The notes under the pieces: model-generated | The model's database searches: none | The model's input: the letters and a program-made list of their open reading frames with translations, nothing else | What the model was told of the DNA's origin: nothing | In this document: positions 14,031-25,612 of the stretch, in pieces | Layout: every line of letters starts with the position of its first letter | Numbering within the stretch: position 1 is the stretch's first letter | Assembly: GCF_009914755.1 (NCBI RefSeq) | Contig: NC_060927.1 | Length of the DNA stretch: 64,000 nt | Origin: the human T2T-CHM13v2.0 reference genome, Homo sapiens | Strand: one strand, 5' to 3' | Translations under genes and position numbers: made by a program

Positions 14031-17000
14031 TCACCAGAAAGAGGAAGAATCCAAAGATGGTTTATTTTAAGAAAAGGTTTCCTCTGTTTTATGAGACATT
14101 TCTCAAAGGAGAAAATTAAAAGTTAAATGGAGGAGTGCTAAAATAATATAAAATAGATATTAAGCTTAGATCCAATGGACCCACATAGATGCTATGAGTT
14201 GGGGTTTCATGTTCTATCATAAAATATAGGTGTGTGATGAATATTCACATCCAAGATGGTATTAGCAGAGGATCAGCTGCCAATCACATGACACCGATGT
14301 CCTATTCTGTTTTGGCGTTTCCCTTTCTTTTAGCAACATTACAGATAGTAGCTTGAAAAATCTGATACTAATCTAGTTATGGGAAATTTAGACACTTTAA
14401 CTTGGCAAGGCATTAATAAGTACTGGAAAATGTCCAGAGGGCCACAAGCAAGCTCTTTCAGAAAATTTATCAACAAGGAACTCCCTGAGCACTCATGCAG
14501 TTGCTGAAATGCTTTTCCAAAGGTAAATTCGGTGTTGGCAGAGAGGTGAACATTCTGAGTGATCTCTAGGGCCTTCAGTGCCGCCCCTGTTATAATGGGT
14601 ATTGAACTGATTTCTATGTGGGTGGGAGAAAGTAGAAAAAGCAATAAAATCATGCTCTTGGTGTCTAGAAGCATATCTGAGGCTACCTTATTAGTAGCAG
14701 CATCTATCTTGGAAAAGGGGGAACATTGATTATTGATTTACTTTGCCACATGCCACCAAGATAAGAAACATGAGTCATTTCAATTGGCTATAAAGTACAA
14801 GGCTTTACTGAGTCTGAGGAAGTTTTGCTTTGCTGTGTATTTTAGGGAGGTTAGACTGACAAGATTAAATCCCACTTGCCACCTACTCATACTAAGGTGG
14901 TTTTTCACGGCCAAGGCAAAGTCAGAAACTGGACAATCTTAAGGCAACACTTAATGTGCCTCAGCTTTAGGTAAGACAATCAATGAATGGCCACTTGCCT
15001 TGAATAAGGAACAGCCAAATAACTGATCTGCAAGGAGGATATAAAAGGAGGGTGTATTTATGAGGAGGATTTATTTGGAAGAAGAGTTGGTCTGAATCTC
15101 ACATCTGCCTCCCAGTAGGGAAGGGGGTATGGAATCTCCTAATCCTATGCCTGTGAAGGGGCTTTAACACAACCCTGGGAGAGCTTTATATGTGTCCTTG
15201 CGATTAGGGAACAGAGAGCACTAGCAACATCCCAAACCCAGGTAGTGACCAAGAGAAAACAGGAAGTAAGCTAAGTGATTCTGATTATCAAGGAAGAATC
15301 ACTAGGAGGAAGGGTGGACTATTATTCCATTCTAGATGTTTGGGAGATAAGAATTCAGGCTGCTTCATTCATCCTCTCTAGTTATTTCCGTGCCTTTCAT
15401 CTCTTTCTCCCCTCACCTCTTTCTCCAAGGAGATATTTACAATATTATACTCATTTTCAGTTTCTTCTCCTAGCTCTCTTCTGAGCTCTCAGCTTCCTTT
15501 GGAGGGGTCTATCCCACTCTATCAAATAGGAACCTGCCCTCCTCTCTTCACCTTCTTCTTATATTGGACTCTTTTCTCCCCATGGCTCAGGAAGAAGGAA
15601 GAAAGAGACCCACCTTGATTCCTTCATCTTCAGGAAGGCTCTCCCTCTCCTCTATCATTCTTTACCTATGGACCTACCACTTCCCCACCACCACCAAATT
15701 GCCCAAGAAATTGAACCGCCAGGGCAAGAGGAGTCCCCCAGCAACAGAAAGTGGGGTACCAGCCACCCTACCTCATAACAGGGCAGAAGCTGCAAGAAGA
15801 TAAGAAGCCTCCTGGCAGGAAAGGCCCCAAGAACTTTGACTACCAGTGGGGCCCCATAATGGGGTCACCTGAGAATCCACCCAAGCTCTGGTAAGAGTCA
15901 ACTTAAATCATCATATGGGGACAGGTTGCTCAGGGCTGACTTTGGACTTTGGTGGATGGGTAAACACATTCTGCCACATTTACCCCCTCTTTCTGACCCC
16001 TCTTCTCCCTGTCCACTGGCAGGGTCAGAGTCAGTAGCCACTGATACAAGAGAAGGTAAAGCTGGAAAGAGAAAAGGCACATATGCTCCACCTCCGCCCC
16101 AGTCCTCCTGGAGGAGAGAGGGAAGATGCTCTAACATTCAGTCAGGTTCTTGGTTTTGATTACGGTTTGTAACAGATAATTTTCAACTGCTAATGAGATG
16201 ACAATTGTGATTTAATGTGACCATCAAACTTCATTATTTAAGAGTGACTTGAAAGCTTCTGGAGCTTCTCCTAAGTTTCCATCAAGAAGCAAGGAAAGGA
16301 CCATTCCCACTAAATACATTTTAAAGGGAGACTGGGAAACAAAATAAATGCATTTTCTGATTGCTTAGCATGAATCTTTCTTGGTCAATGCGCTGGCTAC
16401 CATGGTTTTCATTTCTGATTTATCCGAGTATTACCTGCTGAAACAGTTTTCCTTCTCTTTTGCTCTTAGATTGGTTTGGATATATAGATTGTTGATGTGG
16501 GAAGGGACTTCATTTGAAAACTATCTCTGGTTGATTCCATTATGTTTATTTTAAGAGTGTGTAAATTTGGCCCTTCATGAATACACACAGTTCTGCAGCT
16601 GGTGAATGTTACGGGAGTTTCCTCAAATGGTTCTGCCCACGCTGCTTGGCCTGCAAATGAGCCCCCTCCCACCAGCCCCCTTCCCTCCTGCCATACACAA
16701 TGTGTACACATGCTTCCAGGCACAGAGAATTTTATTTATCCCCATGCCCAAAGCTCAGACCCCAGAAAAGCTCCCAGTTTTGCAGGCATAATTATTTATG
16801 TACTTTTCCACTCATTCTCTAGGACACTGGTAACCAGAAAATCTGCATAGACTGTGTCAAAACTAAAAATGTTGGTTCACCTTTGCTCATTTCAATCATC
16901 TCTTGCCTATTTGTGCTTCCATTTTCCAAATAAAAAGTCCTTATTCTCTATAAGGCATTTAAAACCCTCTGCTCTTCCTCTCTCTCCTCTAATATGCACA

Positions 17001-19584
17001 TACTTTGTCCCCAGGAAGACAGAACTCTCTTATGAGACAAGGACAAAATGTAGTCTCAAGGTCACAAAATGGAGCCATCATTTTTAAAAATGGGTCACTC
17101 TTTGTTGTTGTGGCTCTTTTTTTGGATGAAAGTGATTCCAAATAGAATAAGATGTGATCACAATCCTCTTACCTTGGAACTATTTGGTTTCTACACTTTC
17201 TCCCCTTTCCCATGAAGCTGTAAGGTAATGAAGTAGGAGGAAAGCTACCAGTGGCAGATGCACATAGCTGCCTTCTGTTTGCCTTAGGCCAAAAAACAAA
17301 ACAAAACAAATACCCCAGAATATAGGGGACACAGCTTCCAGCACTGACCTTGTACCAAGTAGAGGCCTTTGAGTTTTGTCCATAGTTAAGCTCGGATCAG
17401 CAACATAAGACTTAGATGGAGATTTAGAGCCGAATCAATAAAGAGTGAAAGTTTTCTATGGGTATTCTTGTTGCATGTGTTCCCTAACTGGAGTGGTAGT
17501 GACCTTGGGAGGGTGGTGTTGGTCTAGCCTTCAAAGTCAGGATGTCAGCTGTGTATTTATGCATAACATAACATCTATATTGTCAGAGCCTTGACCCATT
17601 TATTACCAAAACAAAATGGTAACATGTAATTAATGTCCAATGACCATTGGAGGTTATTTTGAGGAGAAGGATTAACCAACGGGGTGAGTTTCATGGCAGA
17701 AAAGAGAGTTAACATGTATCATACAGCTACTACGTGGTACCAGAGTGCAAACAGATTTGAATAGAATCTCATTTAATCCTCTGATCATGATCATGTCTCA
17801 TGGATGCTTTAGTACATGATGAACTAAAATGTATCCATCTGTAAGTTAGTTATTATTATTCTCATTTATCAGATAAAATGAAAAATCAGAAAGGGTAAGT
17901 GACTTGTATGAAGTTGTATTTTAATGTCTTCATGAACTTGGCCAGTTGTGTTTGGGTTATGAGAAAAAATTTGCCAAAATTCAGTCTGCCCCTGTATTAT
18001 TTCCTCAACCATTGGCCCAGTGAATTGGCCATGGTGTTGAGGATCTGCTATTGTGGTGTTATAAGACATAAAGAGTTGTCACATATGCATTAGTCTTTTA
18101 ATTCCAATGTTGTATATGCATTCCTTAACATGAAAACTTAAATTATTTTCTCAAGTATATGAGTCTTGTGGTAGCTCAAACCTTGTCAGTTATATCTTGT
18201 GGGGGTGGGGGAGGGAAAAATAATATATATGCCAAAATTAAAAGCTGTTACATAACAAGATGATGAGATTCTTTTTCTTTAATATTCTTCGCAATACATT
18301 ATTTTTTCCTTTCTTTGTGATTTTTAAAAATTTTTATCCATGATCATTTGTTATCTTTTTTTAAAATTCAACTGAACACAGTGTAAGAACCATACTAAGG
18401 AACTAGACACAAAGTAAATAGCAAAATATGACATGTGCCCTTAAAAAAACTCACTAATAAAGAAGAGCAATTCTGCTCACCAGTCTCTTCATGTTTCCAG
18501 TTACCTCAGTAAGGCCCCAAGAGATAGTTATAGCAATTTATTTTAAGGCTCTTGACTCTTACAGTGAGTGGTCAGCCATTCCAGGACTCAGCTATCCATG
18601 ATTATAAAACCCATTAGTCGTAAAATGCATTGCTAACAAATATTTACACATTTATATTTGAAATACAGCATTTATGGCTCAACTTAAGCTATTGCATTGT
18701 AATTAATCTGTATTAATCTTTTTATATTAAAGGGGTAGAAGGGGATTTTTCTGATGATTAAAGGGATGAAGACATATGGAAAAATAATGAATATAAAGGG
18801 AATGTTCCTGAGTAGCAGGCCAGAATGCTCTAGGAAATGTTAGAAAAATGAGAGTCAGAGAGGTAATCATTGGTTATGCCCATCCAAGCCCTTTACTAAG
18901 AGCCAAATGCTAACCACTTTAAATAAACTTCTTTGAATATCATTTTTTCCTTAGTCCTCCACAAATAGTAAGAACTCTTTCACATTAATAATTACTTGCA
19001 GCTTCCAGTAATTAAGTTCTAATCAATTTGTTTATTAAAGAGCATTTAATATATTCATAATGTTATGGGGGAAAGGTAAGTATAGGATTGCAATGAAGAA
19101 TTGCTTAGAAAAAAAGTAACTAATAATAGTATATCCATAAACACAAAATTCAAACTATTTACTCACTTAAGCCTATCTCAGTTGCCTTAGGTATTTGTGA
19201 CATATCAAACAACAAATGCTGTTATATCATAAGTAATAAGATTTGTTTCTTTGTAGTTTCCTTTAAGCAATAGAATGCTAGCAGTTCAATGCTTCTTAAA
19301 GTCTTGCTGTAACTCAACAAATTTTGATTTTCCCTTCTTTATCTGACAAAGAGAAGGAAACCTCTGAGGGATTACAGATGACCTCATCTTTTTGCTTTTC
19401 AAGTCTCTGCTGCAAACCTAGCTGTGAAGGAAATATGAATTCAGCTAACATCATGTCACCTCCTTTATTCTTAGAGGCTGAAACAGTAGAGAAATTTCCT
19501 CTGAGGGAGCTCCCAGACAAAATAAGACCTAGCCTGAAGAATAAAGGTGATATTGGATTATATTTTGGCTATCCAGAGAAGGTC

Positions 19585-19965
19585 TGTGCCAGTCAGAATC
19601 CAATCAGATTTTAAACAGAGAATCTAATTCATTGAATTGGTGGCACAGGTCATAGAACAGCCGGTGAAAACAAGAGACTGTAAGGCCATTAGGGATTAGG
19701 ATAATCAGGAAGCTGCTTCCACTGTTAGGAAAGAAGGGAGCAGTGGTAACATCAGCCCCTAGTGTTGTGACATCCAAGGGAAACTGGAGCCGTGGTGGGC
19801 TTGCCTCATGTAGGGGGTGAAGACTGCAGCAGAGAGTAAGGCACAGGATTGCCCTGGCTTCTCCCTTCTTCCCATTCTCTAGTTTCTGGGAAACATCACC
19901 TAGGGGCTCAGCAGCAGAAGGGCAAGGAACAGATCTCAGGGCAAACAGGACAGGATTGGCAAAAA
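19585..19965 (-). mobile_element. LTR33-like ERVL LTR
   Basis: tgtgccagtcagaatccaatcag...ttttaaacagag, similar to remembered LTR33. Confidence 0.55.
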
Positions 19966-20645
19966 GGCTTAGAAGCAGAATTGTTTCATTATAATGTACT
20001 TGAAGCTGCACCTACAAGAATTGAGCTGCAAGAGATGCAGATTTAACTGTTGGTCCAATGAGGTACAACCATCTCACAAGCCCAAGCTAACCTCTTTCCA
20101 GGAAGAGGAGCAGCTATAGGCCTGCAGTGGCAACATATGTGAGAATTGTTTGTGAATTCATGTTTGACACTTGCAGCATCCCCCTCCCAACAAAGATCCC
20201 AAAAATATTTGAGACTATGAAGAAGTAGAGAAGAGGAGGTGCTAATGGTCCCCCAATATTCAAGGAGACTAAATCTATGAAACTTCAATTATTACCATAA
20301 ATAGGACCTAGCATTACCTCTGGACTAATGCTACGTGGAAGAGTTCTAATTACTCATACATGTTAGATAACTAAAAACATATACATCAACAGTGATTATG
20401 TCTATATTTTCTGAAATTTCTACAATGAGTTTATATTACTTTTATTACTTTCTAAGGTTTTTAAAAATAAGGTACCATAATAGATTTTGCTTAAAATACT
20501 TGGTGCTTTCTGTTTTCCTGGTTGGACTTTGACTCACATGGACATTTCTCGGTAGCTAGCATCTGATTATCCATCTCAAGGCAGTTCAACAAGGACCCAT
20601 CTCCCAGAGCACTGCTTGCTGTGAGCATATTTAATTGGACTCCCT

Positions 20646-21273
20646 TGTCAAAACTAGGCATTCAGCTTTGACTCATGAGCTTCTCTGAAAGCATTTAACC
20701 AAAGGAAAACCTCTGACCAAGGTAGCCTTAATGTTCCCCACAGCTTGACTACACTTTAGACAGATTTCTTCCTGACTATAGGCCCCTGACCTCCTTTTCC
20801 TTAGAGCATTTACTTTACAAAACTTGTAATTGTAAATTCTTCCTCTGTCTCCTTTGAAATAAATCTCCTTAGAAACCTCACGAGTTTTAAGACCCAATAA
20901 ATGTCTTTCTCAAGGACCTGGGAGCTGTCTCTTTGAAATGTAAACATCAGAGGAGATAGCTCTCCAATCTTCCAGTTTCTGTGGAAGGGTAGGAGCCTAA
21001 CTTCAGTGGGCTCCTTGTTCCAAGCTGTAAAAGTACTTCTTGTCATGAAGACACAGAAAGTTTACTTTTCCTCTGGGTAGAAGCCAGTTAGAAATCACGT
21101 GCGTCCAATGATTTCTCCCACCCCAGCTCCTGAAAACCCTCCAGTGAGAAATGATTGTGAACTCATGTTTGATACCTGCAATATCTCCCTTCCAGGTTCT
21201 CTCACCCCTATTGTGATAGTCTTGAACAAAGTCTTCCTGTTTAACTTTTTCCAGTGCAATTCTTACTTTGACA
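20646..21273 (+). mobile_element. ERV1 solo LTR (MER67/MER31-group-like)
   Basis: Perfect terminal inverted repeats TGTCAAA (20646) and TTTGACA (21267-21273); ttagagcatttactttacaaaacttgtaattgtaaattct internal motif. Confidence 0.75.
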
Positions 21274-21629
21274 CCTCCCAGTTCCCTCCTGAGATTATCC
21301 TATATTTATGAATCAGCAGTGATTTTTTAGCAAGGGGAAATAGGATTCTCAGTTGGCTCCCTCAACTCTCCGGAGTGCCGAGGCAGATCAATGAGAAGCA
21401 AGCTCAAAAGGGTCTTGCAAGTTGCACTTTGAAAACAAGTTGCCTTTACTACTAAAAGGCCTGCAATTAAAAAAAAAATGTGTTGGGTTCCATTCTCTTC
21501 TTTCCCCTCTCTCCTCTTGATTCGCTTCTCTTTCTACCTTCTTCCTTCCTACACAACACCCCCTGACTCCTACACACAGCCATGCATACACCTCTCTACC
21601 TATGTCATTTACAATAAGTAGGTACCCTT

Positions 21630-22087
21630 CTTGTCGATTTAGAGAAGACGCTCCAGGCCTGGGATAAGCTCCAACAACCAGGTCTCCCTTCAGTGAAGGA
21701 CTCATCCCCCAGCTGCCTGGGAGGGCTATCTGTGGACAACCTTTAGTTGTCAGCCTCTTCGGCAAGTGTCTCCCTGTAGTGTCTTTACCCAAGACCACTT
21801 GTCTGTCAGACACAGAGTGGCCTCACTCAATGACTGTCAGGTGCAGGGGTATGAAAACCTAGGGCTTGACCCAACTCTGGACAATTTTTCATCAGGCCCT
21901 TCCAGCTGCAGAGCTCCCACAGAGTAGACCAAGGCTGTTATTGGGTTACACCATAGTTTGACTTCTCCCTCTGCCCATCTTGCTTCCTCCCCTCTCTTTT
22001 TTAGGTGTTGATCCCAAGAATACTTTGGAATATTCTTCCCACTAAAGCATCTCAGTGTCTGCCTCCCAGGAAATACAACCTGCCACA
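21630..22087 (+). mobile_element. LTR16-family ERVL LTR
   Basis: ccagctgcagagctccc...acttctccctctgccc...ggtgttgatccc...caacctgccaca. Confidence 0.75.
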
Positions 22088-22169
22088 GAGTTGTTATAAC
22101 AATCAAATTAAATGTATGTGAAAGTCTTGTAGAATTTCTGATGTGCTAATCAATGGAAAGGTAAAAATA

Positions 22170-22400
22170 ACAATGACTGATCATTGAGTACTTTGTTAGG
22201 CACCTTAGTAAATGTTTAATCCTTTTAACCAAAAATGGCAGAATAGATAATTTTATTCTTAATTATTTTGAGATAAGACTAAAGCTCAGAGAGGTCATTT
22301 TTTTGTGTGTTTTCCAAGGTCACCGAGCTTGTTACAAAGTGTCAGTGCCTGAGATTGGACCTGAGGGTAGTGTGATTCACTTTCATCCCGCTGCCTTGTA
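22170..22400 (-). mobile_element. MIR
   Basis: gagataagactaaagctcagagagg...ccaaggtcac. Confidence 0.6.
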
Positions 22401-23159
22401 ACCTACCACAACCTCATATTGGTTGAGACAGTTTCTCAGTTGAGTGCCATTAATGGAGTAGAAAATTATGACTTTAAGAAATAAGAGTATTAAGAGGGAA
22501 TATAAAAAAGCTTTCAGGTGGGGAGAATTCATGTGAGAACAACCAGTGAAAACTTCAGCTGCCTCCTTCCTGATGGTTTCAGGATGTGCTTCCTGCTGAG
22601 AACAGAGAAAGGTTGTCAGGTCTATTAACCTCAGCAAATGTAAATGGGGACCCAGATGCTCTCATCTAAAATAAAATCCTCCCCAACAGATGGTCAGGTT
22701 TAACAACTTGGTATGGAGACTGGAGCTTCCAAATAGCTCATCTGCACAAAAGCAGAATCAGATAGAACCAAAAAAAATTTCAGCCAACCCATTTTCTGGG
22801 GTTTGGATGCTGCTCCCAAGAAGGGTCAGCTTCTAAAAGTAGCACCTTTCATCAATGCCAGTATCCACCTGGATACCAATACAGAGCAGATTTTTCGATT
22901 ACCTGTTCAAAGGAGGCATGATCTGGTGACGAGGAGACTGTCTAATGTAGGACAATCCTGTGGGAGTAAATAATTCACTCTTTTGAACAATGTGCATTGA
23001 GCATCTCCTACATGCCAAGAACTGACTCTGTGGCTGGATATTCCAAGTGAGGAGAGGCAGTACTTGCCATTAAAGAGGACACGGGCCAATGAGGACAAAT
23101 AGCCAAGTAAGTGGGAAACTTCTATACATGTGATTTAAAAGGCAGTGGGAATAAGCAAG

Positions 23160-23352
23160 GGTTCAATGAGAAATATTCTTGATAGCAGTCTTTTTTCAAA
23201 TGCATAATTTGCAGGTATTTCTCCCATTCTTCAACTTATCTATATACTCTGTTGATTATTTCTTTTGCTTTACAGAAGCTTCTTAGTTTAATTAAATTGC
23301 ATTTGTCTATTCTTGTTTTTGTTGCTTGTGCTTTTGAGGTCGGAGTCATGAA
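23160..23352 (-). mobile_element. Isolated internal L1PB fragment (ORF2 3' region)
   Basis: About 91% identical (hand alignment) to 24972-25160; no poly(A). Confidence 0.85.
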
Positions 23353-23802
23353 CATCTCCTAAGCAGCTTTTCTTGGTCATAGCCTGCTTTCCAGAGGAGG
23401 CTGAGAGATTGAGACTAGAACACTGAGAAGTTAGTTAGCCACAAAATGTTTGGAACGGGGAAAAGAACTCATAGGTAGAGGCAACTGTTTCACAAAGACT
23501 CAAGGAAAGAATGGCATATCCGAGGCAGAGTAGGTTCATTTGAGACAAGGTTTTTCCATATTCTTGGAAAAATGTAAAATTGCTATGATAAAGTATGTAT
23601 TATTTTATAGACTTTTTGAAGCATGATAATACTATGTAACATCCATGCATTCAACAGATGTTTACTGAGCTTCTACTAAATGCTAGGCACTGTTCTAGTC
23701 TTTGTGGTTATAGTCACCAGTAAGACAGAGCTGTCCCACTCACTAACAAGGTGTATACTGAGTGACTGAACTAAGCCGGAAGCCCTAAATATTAGAACAG
23801 AG

Positions 23803-23971
23803 CAGTGGTTCTCACTCAGGGTACAACATTGGAATCACCTGGGGAACTTTAAAAAATTTTGATGCCAAGATCACACCCTATCAATTAAATATGAAAATCT
23901 TGGGGAAGAACACAAATGTACTTTCTAAAATCCTGGTGATTCCAGTGTGCAGCCACATTTAAGAAGCAGTG
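23803..23971. mobile_element. MER5A1-like DNA transposon
   Basis: cagtggttctc...ggaatcacctgggga...ggtgattccagtgtgcagcc. Confidence 0.75.
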
Positions 23972-23979
23972 TACTGGAG

Positions 23980-25612
23980 CAGTGGTTTTCAGAGTTTAAC
24001 TGCACCAAAATCATCTGGAGGGCTTGTTAGAGCACAGATTGACAGGCTCTGCCCCTACAGTTTCTAATTCAGTAGGTCTGGAGTAAGACCCAAGAATGTA
24101 TATTTCTTTTTTCTTTGTATTAATTTTAAAAGTACAACTGCAGTTTTGACACATGGATACACTGCACAGTGGTGAAGCCTGGGCTTTCAGTGTAACTATC
24201 ACCAGAGTGATGTACATTTTACCTATTAAGAGATTTCTCATCCCTTACACCTCTCCCACCCTCCTGAATCTCTAGTGTCTATTATTCCACACTCTACGTC
24301 CATATATATGCATTATTTAGCTCTTATAAGTGAGAACATGCAGTATTTGACTTTCTGTTTCTGAGTTGTTTCACTTAAGATAATGGCCTCCAGTTCCATC
24401 CATATTGATGCAAAAGACATTATTTCATTCTTCTTATGGCTGAATAATATTTGTGTGTGTGTGTACTACATTTTTTTCTTCAGTCATTCATTGATGGCAC
24501 TTAGGTTGATTTTACATCTTTGCTATTGTGAATATTACTGCAATAGACATCCAAGTCCAGGTGTCTTTTTTATGTAATATTTTCTGTCCCTTTGGGTATA
24601 TACCCAGTAGTAAGACTGCTGGATAGAGTGGTAGTTCTATTTTTACTACTCTGTGAATTTCAATTCAGTTTTCCATTGAGGTACTGCTATTTTATATTCC
24701 CACCAACACTGTATAAGCATTTCTTTTTCTTCTCATCCCTGCTAACATCTACTATTTTTTGACTTTTTAATAATAGCCTTTCTGGCTGGTGTAAGGCAAT
24801 ATCTCATTCTGGTTTAATTTGCATTTCTCTGATGATTAGTCATGGCAAGCATTTTAAAAATATGCTTGTTGGTCATTTGTATGTTTTCTTTTGAAAAATG
24901 TCTAATCATGTTTTTTGCCCACTTTTTAATGGGGTTATTTGTGGGGTTTTTTGTTGTTACTGAGTTGTTTGAGTTCCGTGTAAATTCTGGATATCAGTCT
25001 TTGTCAAAGGCATAATTTGCAGATATTTCTCCCATTCTTCAACTTGTCTGTTCCCTCTGTTGATTATTTCTTTTGCTTTACAGAAGCTTCTTAGTTTAAT
25101 TAAGTCCCATTTGTCTATTCCTGTTTTTGTTGCTTGTGTTTTTGAGGTCTTAGTCATGAATTCTTTGCCTACACCAATGTCCGGAAGACTTCCTAGGTTT
25201 TCTTCTCATATTTTAATAGTTTCAGGTCTTACATTTAAGTGATCCCACATAGCCAAAGCTATCCTAAGCAAAAGAACAAAGCTGGAGGTGTGACATTACC
25301 TTACTTCAAATTATACTACAAGCCTATAGTAACCAAAACAGGATGGTACTAGCATAAAAATACATCGAGAATCCAGGAATAAAGCCTCATATCTATAGCC
25401 AATTGACTTTTGAGAAAATTGACAAAAACATACACTGGGTAAAGAACACTTTTTAAAATAATTGGTGCTGGGAAAATTGGGTTGCCATATGCAGAAGGAT
25501 AACACTGGACTCCTATCTCTCACCACATACAAAATCAATAATCTGTATTTCTAACAAGATCACATGTGTTATGAATGCTACTGGTTCAGAAATCAGACTT
25601 TCAGAATCTGTG
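23980..25612. mobile_element. MER5A split by an L1PB4 insertion (23980-24107 and 25540-25612)
   Basis: cagtggttttc...aatcatctggagggcttgtt...attcagtaggtctgg, resuming as tatttctaacaag after the L1. Confidence 0.8.
24108..25539 (-). mobile_element. L1PB4-like, 5'-truncated and 5'-inverted (twin priming)
   Basis: Minus arm 24108-25240 with an L1PB4-type 3'UTR; plus-oriented arm 25241-25538; degenerate TSD aatgtatatttct / aatctgtatttct. Confidence 0.88.

Noticed and set aside
14950-15980. Possible ancient LTR or processed pseudogene fragments
   Set aside because: GC-richer and LTR-like in places, but I could not match a family or protein
19604-20011. 135-aa ORF
   Set aside because: Lies within the LTR33-like element; no domain
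21388-21813. 141-aa ORF
   Set aside because: Overlaps the LTR16-like element and low-complexity purine sequence; non-ATG start
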